Below are positions 50,922 through 63,328 of a stretch of DNA of 64,000 nucleotides, one piece after another; positions within the stretch are counted from its first letter, which is position 1, and every line of letters starts with the position of its first letter. Position numbers and translations under genes: made by a program. Below the pieces are notes generated by a model that was not told the DNA's origin, ran no database searches, and saw only the letters and a list, made by a program, of their open reading frames with translations. The stretch is taken from contig CM059432.1 of the NCBI GenBank assembly GCA_030390025.1, forward strand, positions 129,520,001 through 129,584,000. Direction: 5' to 3'. This stretch comes from Squalus acanthias. Lineage: Eukaryota.

Positions 50922-52886
50922 TGTTTCATTTCAGCTGTGCTCACTTAAAGGTTATAATAACCTTCCTTACCCCTTTTCTGAACTTGGTCTGCAGGTGACT
51001 TTTTTTGTCTCCCAGTGTCAGATATTTGAATGGATACAAATGCTAACATCTACTGTGACATAACACTGTTTCAGCAGCATTAAGTAAGAGCCACATTCAA
51101 ATATGAAACATTCAATTGAAGAGGCCACAAAAGGTAAGCAAGGAAAATGGAATTAGAGGGTTGAGCAGTGATTTTTTTGTGCTAATTTTCTGTGGCAAAG
51201 ACGCACATTTCCACTTGCAATTCTCTATGCAGCAAATTCCCCATTTCAGCTGTGCCCTTTAGGGAAAGTCCACAGAGTCAAGATAAAGTAGGGAAAATTG
51301 GATGGCAAGTCAATATGGCCCATTCTTTTCTACTGCCCAATAGTACATTCATAACCTGCTTTGTGAAGTGGTAAACACTTGCCTTATTGCTTGATTTCTT
51401 GACTAAAATTATGCATGACCCAGAAATATTATTAGTATGGCAGTTGTATATGTATTGAATAACATTAACCATAAACCACTGCAAAAAATACAAGAGCATA
51501 TGAATTAAAACTAGATATGCAAGAGTTACGTTTAGGGCTGCTACCTTTTGACTTTTAATGGGAATGATTGGTTTTCCAAAATGAGTCATTTAATAGATTG
51601 GAGTTGAGCTAAATTTAAGTAAATAAATCTTTTGTTTGAAGTGGAATACATTTCGAGGTAGTTGCAGCATATAGACACACATTTTCAAATCACATACAGC
51701 AATAAAATTAATCAGTAAAGAGGTGGAGAGATTTGGAGGGAATATAAATAAAACACTTACTCAAACCTCATAATACCATTAACACAGACAGTCCAAACTC
51801 ACCTGCTATTAACATTCATACTCCAAGCTCAAATTCCAATTGGAACAAGCTCTGGCTCGGGATGATTACTGAAGGACAATTTAAACTTTGATTTACAAAA
51901 AAAGGTTATATTTGTGTATATTGAATTAACCATGACCATTACAACATAACTCTATTTCATGTTTTATTTAAAATCCTGCTGAATAAACTAAGCACATAGA
52001 GAACAATTGCAGCATTGATAGGGTAATGTGATGTGTTAGAATTCCTGATAATGAACTGTCGCAATGAAGTGAATGAAAATAGAATATTAATTTGTCCTTA
52101 CGTAATATATATTGTGTCCATACTGGTAATTTACACTAAAGCTGTGTCCTTCCACCAAGCTGCTATTTAGTATACCATTGGAATAGGAGCGGTTTATTTT
52201 TCTTTCACAAACTCAAATATCCAGGGATCAGAGCGAGATTTCTAACATGAACTCTTTTAAAATGACATATTTCACAATAATACAATGAGAATTACCCGTG
52301 CAAATTTGCCTTTTGTGTTGGCAAGTGCCTTCATTAACATTTTCTTATCAGAGGCCCCAACCTTTCTGAAAAGTTTGAGGTTGAAGTTCACCTTCTTGCT
52401 GGAGCTGGCACTGGCAGCTGTGCTTGTAAATCCCAGGATGCCGCATTCTGAGCATGTGCAGTGTGGAGAGCCTCCCAACATACATCAGTCTGATTTTCTC
52501 AATGAAATGTTTCTCAGGCCTGTGATAGTGTTTATTAGTGAAATTCTTTTTAGAAATGATTTCAAAACAAACTGGGAGGGTAATTTTTAAAACCTTTTTA
52601 AAGTTTCCCGCAGAAAAAAAAACCCTATAATTAAGTATTAAGTATTTTTTTTTAACTTCAGAAGGGATGATTACAGGAGCAATGCTTTATTTTGTTCTTA
52701 TTCAAAAAGCAATTATTGTTTACATAAAGATGTTGTTTTTATACAGCTGCACTGGGTAAAGAAAGAACTTGTATTTACATAAGTGCCTTTCAAGTCCTCA
52801 GGAATACACAGCCAGAACTGCATTAGGAATTCTTGGGGACCTAGGTACCAAGAACATTCAGGGCCCTCTCCCACACAATCCCTTTT

Positions 52887-53015
52887 CATAGAATCTTACA
52901 GCACTGAAGGAGGCCATTTGGCCCATCGTGCCTGTGCCGGCTCTTTGAAAGAACTGTCCAATTAGTCCCACTCCCCTGTTCTTTCCCCACAGCCCTGCAA
53001 ACTTTTCCTTTTCAA
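52887..53015 (-). mobile_element. CR1 3' end
   Basis: Matches 62350-62480 and 28383-28510. Confidence 0.8.
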
Positions 53016-53593
53016 GAATTGCTTCAGTTTCTTATTTTGAGTGCATCCTTTTCACCTCTGCTGCTCCCCAAGCTATGGAAAAATCATAGTGCGACAGAAG
53101 CAAAGCTTTGGCATGTGTCAAGCAGAGAAAAATGTTGTGCTACATCTGTTTATATGACTTCAGATAGACAGCGTAATGAGAATTAAAGATTGGCTTTTGA
53201 TTTACAGTATCAATTTACAGTAAAGTGTTTTCTCTCTATCAGAAGCGTACCTAATACGAGACACTCTCCTAATTCAGCTTTTGCAACACCCCCCACATTA
53301 AAGGACAAATGTGTAGTAAAATGTAGTAAAAGATTAAATATCCAACCTTGTGAAGAGCTTGCAGAGGCTTCTAGAACTTTTCCACCAGGTCACCCCTGCA
53401 CCACAGTCAGGTTATTAAACCAATGCCCCCCTCCCCCCCCCCCCAGTGCTCAAATTCCAGTCACTCTCTGCCATGCATTGCTGTTACTGCAACCAGCAGG
53501 TGATGCTGTTGCTGGAGTGGGGGTCCGATATTTAGTCAGGGCCCCTGGGCACATGTCTCCATGGCCCATGCATTAATGCAGCCCTGTTCAAAG

Positions 53594-53953
53594 TCAATGA
53601 ATTACTTTTGAGGTGTAATTGCTATTGCCTTGTAGGCAAATACAGCAGTCAATTTGTGCACAGCAAGGTCCCACTAACAGCAAATGGGATAAATGCCCAG
53701 TTAATCTGTTTTGCTGGTGGTTGAAGATGAATGCTGGCCAGGACACCTGGAGAACTTCCTGTTTTTCGAAAAGGGGAATGGAATCTTTTACATCCACATG
53801 AACAGGTAGACAGAGCTTCATTTATTGTCTCAGGTAACACTTCTGACAATGCAGCCCTGAAGTGTCAGCCTAGATTATGTGATCAAGTCCTGGAATGGGG
53901 TTTGAATTACAATCCTGTGACTTGAGAGAGAGTGCTACCACTGAGCCAAGCAG
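53594..53953 (-). mobile_element. Degenerate Deu-domain SINE
   Basis: Head TTGGCTCAGTGGTAGCACTC and core on the minus strand. Confidence 0.8.
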
Positions 53954-55622
53954 ACTCAAAGGTGAACACTTTATTTTCATGGAACTAATCAAAAAGCACT
54001 TGTTTCACTGTCGCTGTGCAGATCTCTTAGAATCATCTTTCCACTGGCAGTGTGCACCCCCTCTCTGCTTCCATACTCAAAAGTTTTGCTTCAACCATGA
54101 ATTTAATGCCAAAATGTTTTTAAAAAATAGCAGCAGTTTTTCAATTATACAGCAAGAAGCTGACCAAAATAATCCCTGAGCAGTGAGGTGATCCTCTCTT
54201 GTGTAATACAAATTGCATTTCACATTTTGATAGATAGCTTTTTCTATGCATTGACTAGTATTTATAACATGAAGCAGGCGTGATTGAGATCTAAAATATA
54301 TTACACTGCCCTGTTGAAGTATATTGCTGTCTTAATTGGCTGCAGGAACAATAGCCAGAATGGTTGTGGGTCATTTTCACTTCAGTGCCATCAGTCCCAA
54401 GTGACATAATTATGTGTTTGGACATGAACTGTGTCATTGTAAGGTGGTGTTTGGCAAATACAGAAAATAAGGAATGTCTAGCACTTCTCAACAAAATCAT
54501 TGCTTCCTTAGGACCAAAATAGATTTGAAGACATTTGTAGATGAAAAGGAATCACTGACTTGTGCAGACAACAGTTAAGAAAACGTCTGATTAACATATG
54601 CCTCTCGCCCAACTAACCAATATGCTAATATGTAATGAGCACAGTCTGTTGCTATAAAACATCCGAACTAGGAGTTCCAAATAACGACCTGTGTGAATCA
54701 GGGGAAGGTGGAAATCTGGGCATGTGGCCAGTATAAACTGTGGCAATGGACTCATGATCTGAGCTTCTCCGATTAACCAGTTAATTTCTCCTCTCACTCG
54801 CTGCTTATTCCCACTCCCCCTACTGTCCACTAGTCCTGTGAGGAAAAAGAAATGTGATTTTAAAAGTCTGCATAAACACCGGTTGCATTCATATTCAATG
54901 TTCTACATATCGCCAGACATTGTTTTGACCTAATTAGTGCAAATACCAAGCGCCAGTACATGTTGGCTACATAAAATTAGTACAAATAAAGAGCTGCACT
55001 CAAACAACCTGCGCCGATTGATAGCTCAGCTCCAATTAAAACACTTGGAACAAACAAGTAGAAGACAGCTTTACATCTACTGCTGTTCCACTTTAGGATA
55101 CCACTGTGGAAGAATTAAACACAAATAAGACTTCAGCCTACAGACTATCTAAATTCAATTGCTAATTGAAGAGCACAAACATTCACATGCAACAAATATT
55201 TTAACCCTAATCAAAAATAATAATAACGGTGAGGCTATCAGCGCTCACTGTTATTTTGGAATAAAACGCACAACTTCCGGCGACCACACATGCGCAGTAA
55301 AATGTGGAAATCAGGTAGTTGCTGTCCGATTTGCCCTGCTTCTCCACAAGTAGCGCTATAATGATATCTCGCCGAGAGACTCGGCATTCAAACACATAAA
55401 GGATGTGAAGTTGCGGTATTTAGCTGCTAGATATCCACTAAATACGGCAGAAAAAGCCAGGGCTGGTGCATTCAAGTGTAAGTGAATTTTTAACGGCATG
55501 ATAAGTCTTAATTACTATCAAACAACCTCTCTAGCACTGAAAATTAACTTTTGTATGTGTGGAGTCTCATTCCTTCATAATTTACTCACTGTTGGAGATT
55601 AACATTTTTTTTTTTTACCTTT

Positions 55623-56020
55623 TACATAGGATATACAGCACAGAAACAGGCCATTCGGCCCAACCAGTCCATGCCAGCGTTTATGCTCCACTCGAGCCTC
55701 CTCCCGTCTTTCCTCATCTAAATCTATCAGCATAACCCTCTATTCCCTTCTCCCTCATATGCTTGTCCAGCCTCCCCTTAAATGCATCTATATCATTTGC
55801 TTCAACCACTTCCTGTGGTAGCGAGTTCCACATTCTCACCACTCTTTGGGTAAAGAAGTTTCTGCTGAATTCCCTATTGGATTTCTTGGTGACTATCTTA
55901 TATTGATGGCCTCTGTTATACTCTTCCCCACAAGTGGAAACATTCTTTCTGTATCCACTCTATCAAAACCTTTCATAATTTTAAAGACCTCTATTAGGTC
56001 ACCCCTCAGCCTTCTTTTCT
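55623..56020 (-). mobile_element. CR1 3' fragment
   Basis: Same subfamily as the split copy 9940-10454 / 15342-15560. Confidence 0.9.
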
Positions 56021-56141
56021 TTCTGTCTCTTTTATCTCTCTCTTAATCCCATCTTTCTTTCCCTCTCTTTATTTCCCTTTCTTTACATGATTTTACATTG
56101 AATTAAATATTCTAACTTGCACTTCCTGGTTTAGACTCTGA

Positions 56142-56743
56142 GGGGGGAATTTTAATCCCCAAAAATGGGTGGGTTGGGGGTTGGGTGGAACGTTAAGGTA
56201 TAAAAAATGTGAATCCCGATCACAACCCGTCTCCAACCTTTCGGGTTTAACGGAAGCGGGACGGGGGGCGGCCAACCAACCTGCTCCCAGGAAGCAGGTT
56301 GGCACTTTAAATATTATAATGAGGCTGGAAGCCTCGGATTTAACCTGCTGTGCAGGTTTAACTGTGGCCGGTCGGGGATCCCGGGCCTCAAGATTCCCGG
56401 CAGCTGCAGCAAGGTGAGGAGAGCCTTGGGGAGCAATCCTTGTGGGCCGGGAGGTGCAGGCGTTCTTCCTCCACCATCAGTGTCCCACCCCAAGGTTGGG
56501 GAGCCTCCCCCCCCTGGATCAGACCACCCCACCCCCAGGGTTGGGGATTGGATCCCCCACGGGGTCGGGAATCGGACCCACCCCGGGTCGGAGATCAGAC
56601 CCCACCAGGGTCAGGGATGGGACCCCCACCGGGGTCAGGGATTGCACCCCTCCTAAGGTTGGGGATTGGATCCCCCCCAAGTTTCGGACATTCCTGGGGC
56701 TACCCTCACCCCCACCCTCGGTTTAAATGTCAAAATTCCAGCC
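56142..56743. mobile_element. Harbinger-type MITE with internal minisatellite (unit about 23 bp)
   Basis: Ends GGGGGGAATTTT / AAAATTCCAGCC; GGGTCGGGGATYGGACCCC-like units at about 56485-56680. Confidence 0.65.
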
Positions 56744-57556
56744 AGCATCTCTCAGTAAGGATTCTTCAATCTGATTGGTTGAAGAGACACAGTGTTGCTT
56801 GTCCTGTTCACACAGGTCCCAGATCCCCTGTAGAGGGCGCTGCGCTGAAATGGCTATCTAATTACCGTAAGTTGCCGCGCAAAAGCCAACTAAAATTCTG
56901 TGGACAGCTGTAAGTGTAATGAATGGCGAGCGCTGTTCATTTGCCGCTGACCACAAAATCCGGACGAGTAGAAATATTAAGTTGCTGCTATAATTAATTT
57001 CATATCTTCAGATCGCATAAGCACCAAAATATCCCACCTGTCTCAAGTATTGACTCTGCTTCTAATTTTACACAGGGACTCCTGTTATCCACACTGTGAT
57101 GGCCACAATTGCAGCAGTTTCCCCAACTGGACTCCTTTCTGACTTCATCACCAGAAGTTGTCAAATATATTGGCTGCGAAATTCAGCACCTTAGTGCCGG
57201 CATTTAAGGCCAGTTTCAGCAAAGAAATGGCGGCTGCCTCACTTCCGCCGACTTCCAGTGCAGGTCGCGGCAGATGCCATTTTGGGCAGATTGCTAGCAC
57301 GGCCGTTGCCTGCGTGCCGCGGAAGAATGCAAATGAGGCAGATCGTGACCAAACACTAATTTGACGTTGCTGCTCCACTGTACGCCCTCTCCTAAGCACA
57401 CACAGCTGAACGTGCTGTTCAGCTGCACATCGGATCCCCACTAGGGCTACTTAAAGAGACACACCCAACTTTGAGATAATTTGCTTTCCTCTTTTGTACT
57501 GGTTCCTGTACAGTTGATTTAAGTAGTGGCTTGGTGTAAGACATTTATAAAGTTGT

Positions 57557-57655
57557 TAAATAAAAACAGAAAATGCTGGAAATACTCAATGGGTCAGGCA
57601 GCATCTGTGGAGAGAGAAACAGAGTTAATGTTTCAGGTCGATGACTTTTCATCAA
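57557..57655 (-). mobile_element. Penelope pLTR fragment (family A)
   Basis: Reverse complement of 24650-24745 with decayed hammerhead. Confidence 0.75.
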
Positions 57656-57744
57656 AGTTGTTAAAGTGTGCAGGGAGTGCTGCTGGGCATTTGCAAGGTG
57701 TTGGCTCTTAAAGCAAGGCCTCTGAGAACACCTCTTGCTCCCAG

Positions 57745-57918
57745 TCCTGGAAGCTCTAGTTGCAGTCCCCCTTGGGCTGCAGCATTACATGGAGATGGAG
57801 CAGAGGCAGCAAAGGGGACAAGCTGCTCGCGGAGGAAGCAGAAGAAACAAGGCAACCCAGACAGCCCCTCTCTGGCCGGGATATCCTGGGTCAAACCATC
57901 TACCTGCGGTACCAGTAA
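57745..57918 (+). pseudogene. Harbinger transposase remnant (N-terminus fused to C-terminus)
   Basis: ALVAVPLGLQH..RGQAAR joined through a GA-rich tract to RQPRQPLSGRD..YLRYQ*; recognised from memory of shark HARBI1-like proteins. Confidence 0.5.
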
Positions 57919-59553
57919 ACGAAACCTCAATTTCCCTTTCAATATTTGTCCCACACCTTACCGTCCCTCTGTTGCTGACCATCACAGCGTCCTCTTGGCC
58001 ACAATGCTGAAATAAAAGCCACCACAAAGCAAGCATTCCAATCCAACTTTATACATCTATCCATCCAATATTATATCAAAAAATCAACTAATCACCCTTG
58101 TGCATTCCCTTAGTGACTGTCTTCTGTGTTCCTTTGCCTGTCCTAGTGCTCCTACGCAGTGCTACCCCAGCAGCTGCAGCATGGCTGGGAAGGCTGCCGA
58201 CTTTCAGTGGGGGAAACTCAGATGACCTTGCAGGACAACCTCGAGCAGCTCTGGGCCTAGTAGGCCCGGCTTCGGACGGCATCACCTCGACATGGGCTGC
58301 AGCAGTCTGGGCTGGCTGGCTGATAGGCAACAGCTAGGGCACTGGCGGAGTGGCAGTGGTGGGAGGACGAATGCTGTCATCCTGAGAGAGGACAGCAGGG
58401 TCGTCCTCCATGGATCCATTGCCACTCCCCTGGGGCTGCACCTCAGCATTCCTAGTAATCTGCTGGAGTACAGACTGCTGTGACACCCTGCAAGCCCCTT
58501 TCAGCACTGGAAAACCCAGCCATGATGGCAGCAGTATGTGCATGCGTGCAGCAAGGTGAGCTTGCATGACTTCAGTCTGAGCTTCCACTGCAGCACTCAG
58601 ATGTTGGGTGGCTTCTGCATGTGCTGCAATGGAAGCTCAGACTTCGGTCATCAGACGCTGTATGATGGTTGGGTCCACAAGTGCGTTAATGGATTTGCCT
58701 AGCCCTTTCATGCTGGAAAGGATGGGCTCCAAGCTCTGCTCAAAGCCCTGTGCAAGGCTGGTGATGGACTCCTCCATGCTCCTCAACATTGCATTCAGGC
58801 TTTCTGGCAGGCCTGCCAATGCACCAAGCATTTCATTGTGCATATCCGTCAACGTTCTTCTGTAGGTCTCCCCATCGAGGTCTTCATCTGAGTCCTGTGC
58901 AGTAAAACCCGTGTGCGACCTCGCCCTCTGGGGAGTTCGCAGCAGCCCACTCGTGCCCGGTGTCTCACCACGTGCAGATCCTGCATCTAACTTATCCTCT
59001 AAAGTACGCGGAGTGTCAGTATCTAAGCTGGTGGCTGGGAGTGTGAAATCGAGTGACGGTGTTTCTTCTTCTTCACTCTCCTCTCCCTCTTCTTGTTTAA
59101 CCACTGGCTGGGCAGGCTGCATTTCTTGGATGATTCGATCCCGGATATCCAGGCCAGAAAGGGGCTATCTGGGTTGCCTCATTCCTTCAGCTTCCTCCCC
59201 TCCTCTTCCTCCTCCTCTTCCCTCTGCGAGCAGGGTAGGGTTGTGGTGAGGGGGGGGGGGGGGGGAAGCAATAGCTGCATGCTTACACCATGGGCGCGAT
59301 TTTCCCATTGGAGGCTGGTTTCAGTTTGGGTGGGTTCCAAACCCGCCTCTACTGTGAGGTGGGAAAAATTTGCGATTTTCCCCTAATTGGCCAGTTATTT
59401 TCAGAGGTGTGCGTTCCCCTGGGCCAATTAGTCTTTTGGGACTGAAACTAGCCTCTGCTGACGTCACTTATCCAGCTTCATTTAAGGGCTGCTTGCTGCC
59501 TTGGCTCATTCCACTGGTTTTTGGTAGATGGTGCACCACCACCTCCTTGAAGA

Positions 59554-59740
59554 ATGGCCAACTCCAAGGCAAGGGCCTCCCCGAGGTTCTCGGATGAGGC
59601 GCTGGGTATGCTGGTTGAGGGGGCGAGAGCTAGCACGGAGGTACTCTTCCTCTCATCTGGGAGGAAGAGGCCTCCCATAGAAACCAAGGCTGTGTGGGTC
59701 CAGCTGGCAAGGGATATAACCTCCACATCTGTGTGCAGAT
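59554..59740 (+). pseudogene. Harbinger Myb/SANT-like N-terminal remnant
   Basis: RASPRFSDEALGMLVEG...VLF...KAVWVQLARDI, typical Myb/SANT-like (NAIF1-type) start; truncated. Confidence 0.75.
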
Positions 59741-59980
59741 TGGGTGATTGTTTCTGTTTATTGATGAAATGCCATCCTTGTGTGGATGTATCAAAATTAG
59801 GTGATGGCAAACTGTTGGCGTGATGGCATCTGTTATTTCGGCTTAGGCAGCTCCACATTGCGGGCTCCGCGACACTTGCGTGGTCAGGTTGGTGGTCAGA
59901 GTGAAAGGAGGCCAGAGAGTCATGTCCATTGTCTATCATGTGTTAAGAAGGATCCAAGCACATGTGCCACAATGGGCAAC

Positions 59981-60471
59981 CTATGCAAATCTGGCCAGGA
60001 TGAGTGCATCCCTTGCATCACGGGCAGCCATGTGCTCGCGTGCTGCCGCTGCTGCTGGTCGATACGCCGCCACTCGGTCCTCCTCCTGCTCCTCCTCTTC
60101 CATCTCCTCCTCATCTGAGGAGGCTGTGAACTGAGCCACTTGCTCATCAGGAAGCTGCAAGCCACGATGCTGTGCCATGTTGTGCAGTGCACAGCAGACC
60201 ACGACCATTCTGGAGACCCTGGTCTCCTTCTCTGAGCACTGCTGCTCAGTCATGTTGAGGTAGCTCATCCTCTGTCTGTAAACCCTGAGCGGGGGGTATC
60301 TCCTGCGGCGACGTGCTTCCATGCGCTGGCGCCTTCTACCTGTGCAGCATCAGGTGGGTGAGCAGGATGTTTACGCTGCTGTTGCTGCTGAGCTGCCTGG
60401 TTCTGCTGCTGCCGTGGCTGCTCCTCATCCGAATCTGAGGTCCATGGTGAAAGGAAATAAATGGTTCCCAT
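59981..60471 (-). pseudogene. HARBI1-like transposase remnant lacking the DDE core
   Basis: RRYPPLRVYRQRMSYLNMTEQQC fused near 60225 to RVSRMVVVCCALHN...ARDALILARF. Confidence 0.8.
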
Positions 60472-62255
60472 GCTGCTGGCAGATACCTCCGTTGGGGAAG
60501 CGCTCAGTCCAAGCGGGGAGAGGGTCTTCCAAGGAGGTCCCACAGCTGAGAGATAGAAGCTGCAGCACCTCTGACTTCAGTAGGCCTGCTAAAAGTGCTG
60601 AAAGACCTGTGGAACAAAAGTTCTGCCACCTGCAACTGCTCCCTGATGAAAGCTCCGTTTTAATGGTGGAGCTGCAGCTGTGAGGAGTCCACCCACTTGT
60701 CAACTCGCCAGGATTAGCTGGCGTGGTTTAAGAGGGTCGTGCAACACGCTGAAAATGTGGTAAAATAATGAAGGCCTGTCAAAATAGGATTATAGAGGCC
60801 CTTAACTACTATTTAAGGGTCTTAACTACCTCTCCCGACTGATGGAGGCGGGACCAAATCGCACCCATCAAACCCGCCTCCGGCAAAATTGCACGGAGGC
60901 GGGTTGGAGGCGGGTTCCGAACCCGCCCTCACTTTTTGCAATTTTGCCAACTGTCCCGCCTCCAAACCCGCCCCCTCGGGGCTGGGAAAACCGCCCCCCC
61001 TTGTGTAGCTTGTAAATCAGAAGAGATTGTGGGATGATGGGAAGTGGGATGTGAGAAGGAGGATAGTGTATGAGGATACCGACATCTTGTATCCTTTCAG
61101 CCCCACCGTTGGCCACAGGGCTCAGCCATGCCCCTGCCAAGAATGGCCAGCACCGTCTGCTCCATGGGGGTGAGGTCATGCAGGCCAGCCTGTCCCCCGC
61201 CAGTTAAGTCCTGCTGGCGCCAGTTATGCGCCACCTTTTCCTGCAAGAAAAGGGAAGCGTGTCAGTGAGTGTGGCGTAATGTGTTTGGGTGATGTGGTTG
61301 TCATGGTTGAATAATTGACAGTGTGTTCAAGCTGTGAGATGTTGGGGTTAGGCTTGCAGCAGTGGTGTGTGTGGGTGAGGTGAAGCTATGAATGTGAGGT
61401 ATGAGTCATGATTGGTAGAGATTTTTGTTAGGCGAGTGATGGGGGTGTGGTGCATTGAGCAGTGTGTGAGGCTAGTGGTGCAGTTGATGGGAGACAGCTT
61501 TTGAAGATGCACTCACTGACCTTGACCACTCGTATGAGGTCATTGAATTTCTTTTGACACTGGGGCCACTTCCTGGGGGCAACATTGCTGGCAGTGACCG
61601 CCTCGGTGATCTGGTCCCACATCCTTTTTACAGAGTTTCTGGAGGGCCGCCTGGCCCCCTGTGGGTAGAGGATCTCTCTTCGAGTGTTCACCCTCTGCAC
61701 AAAGGCCTCGAGTACAGCATCCAAGACCCTGTTTGCCCTTTCCCTGACCTGTTGAGCCATTTTGGTTTGTGGTGAAGCAGTTTTAAAACATTTGGTAACC
61801 AGAAGGCAGCTCCCCTTTAAGAGGTGCAGACTGCCTTTAGTTAAAGCTAGCCTCGTGCAAACATCGCGAACTTCAGCCCCGTGCTGAGCACACAGCCAGT
61901 CAGCAGCTCATTTCAATGGGCGCGGGCCAATTGCGCATCGTGATCCCCTCGTCCATTTTCAGTTCTAATCTAATTTCACCCCTAGTATCTGCAGAAATGT
62001 TCCCATTGAAAGAATTTAAATTTAAATTGGAAACATGCATGGTATACGCCAAATACAAGCCAGGTCCAGTAATATGATGCTTGATCACCTTGTGATACAC
62101 CTTCCAACCTCCATACATCTCAAGTGTGACACAAATATTTTACCTTAGTCATTGTATTATCTTTTGTTTAGAGGCTGGACTTCCTCTGGTCACAATACGG
62201 TCTTTTAGAGCACAATTATGATTTTGCTAGAAATAGCAAACATAAGAAACCTAAT

Positions 62256-62349
62256 ACAAAAGCAAAATACTGCGGATGCTGGAAATCTGAAATAAAAACA
62301 GAAAATGTTGGAAATGCTCAGCAGGTCAGGCAGCATCTGTGGAGAGAGA
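62256..62349 (-). mobile_element. Penelope pLTR fragment (family A), truncated by CR1
   Basis: AAAATACTGCGGATGCTGGAAATCTGAAATAAAAACAG... as at 37372. Confidence 0.75.
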
Positions 62350-63305
62350 ATCATAGAACAGTACAGCACAGAAGGAGGCCATTCGACCCATCCAGTCTGC
62401 GCCGGCTCTTTCGAAGAGCAATCCAGTTAGTCCCACTCCCCTACTCTTTCCCTGTATCCCTGCAATTTTTTCTCCTTCAAGTATTTATCCAATTCCCTTT
62501 TGAAGGCTACAATTGAATCTGTATCCACCACCCTATCAGGCAGTGCATTCCAAATCCTAACCACTCGTTGCGTAAAAAAGTTTTTCCTCATGTCGCCTCT
62601 GGTTCTTTTGCCAATCACCTTAAATCTGTGCCCTCTCGTTATCGACCCTTCAGCCATTGGAAACAGTTTCTCTTTATTTACTCTATCTAAATCTTTCATG
62701 ATTTTGAAAACCTCTATCAAATCTCCTCTTACCCTTCTCTGCTCTAAGAAGAACAACCCCAACTTCTCCAGTCTATCAACGTAACTGTAATCCCTCATCC
62801 CTGGAACCATTCTAGTAAATCTCTTCTGTACCCTCTCCAAAACCTTCACATCCTTTCTAAAGTGTGGTGCCCAGAATTGGACACAATACTCCAGCTGGAG
62901 CCGAACTAGTGTTTTATAGAGGTTTAGCATAACTTCCTGGCTGTTGTTCTCTATGCCTCTATTTATAAAGCCCAGGATCCCATATGCTTTATTAATTACT
63001 TTGTTAACCTGTCCTGCCACCTTCAGAGATTTGTGCACAAACACCCCCAGGTTTCTCTATCCTTGCACCCCTTTAAAATCGTACCCCTTTAGCTTGTATT
63101 GTCTCTCCTCATTCTTCCTACCAAAATGTATCACCTCACACTTTTCTGCGTTGAATTTCATCTTCCATGTGTCTGCCCATTCGACCAGCCTGTCTATGGC
63201 CTCTTGACATATATTATTGTCTTCCACAGTGTTTACTACACTTCCAAGTTTCGTGTCATCTGCAAATTTCAAAATTGTGCCCTGCACCCCCAAGTCCAAG
63301 TCATT
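62350..63305 (-). mobile_element. CR1 3' fragment
   Basis: ORFs 63057-63299 (KFADDTKLG) and 62427-63044. Confidence 0.93.
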
Positions 63306-63328
63306 GGGTCGGAATTTGTAGAATCATA

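Larger units (their letters stand above)
55200..56965. mobile_element. Probable TIR element hosting two younger inserts
   Basis: Inverted CAGCGCTC motifs near 55240 and 56930; right end AAAATCCGGAC; left end imprecise. Confidence 0.45.
59292..60998. mobile_element. Deleted PIF/Harbinger transposon (inner), opposite orientation, in intron 2 of the outer Myb gene
   Basis: TIR GGGCGCGATTTTCCC / GGGAAAACCGCCCCC; flanks CAT / CCT; convergent Myb (+) and transposase (-) remnants. Confidence 0.85.
58088..61760 (-). pseudogene. Harbinger Myb/SANT-like DNA-binding gene, three exons, disrupted
   Basis: Exon 1 61760-61521 (W..I...V...RKWPQCQKKFNDL, AAG|GTCAGT); exon 2 61240-61080 (after TTTTCTTGCAG; EKVAHN..TGGG..LTPME); exon 3 about 59130-58088 with stops and frameshifts. 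Confidence 0.8.
57172..61982. mobile_element. Deleted PIF/Harbinger transposon (outer): transposase remnant (+) convergent with Myb/SANT gene (-)
   Basis: Weak TIRs (..GAAATT / AATTTCACCCC); coding remnants listed separately; no TSD seen. Confidence 0.75.

Noticed and set aside
57622..57657. Functional hammerheads here and at 37463-37497
   Set aside because: Core or palindrome mutated (TTGATGA, GAAACATT, GAAAAGTT); recorded only as relics.
59554..60471. Host HARBI1, NAIF1 or MSANTD genes
   Set aside because: Inside TIRs, deleted and frameshifted; transposon remnants, so no gene symbol given.
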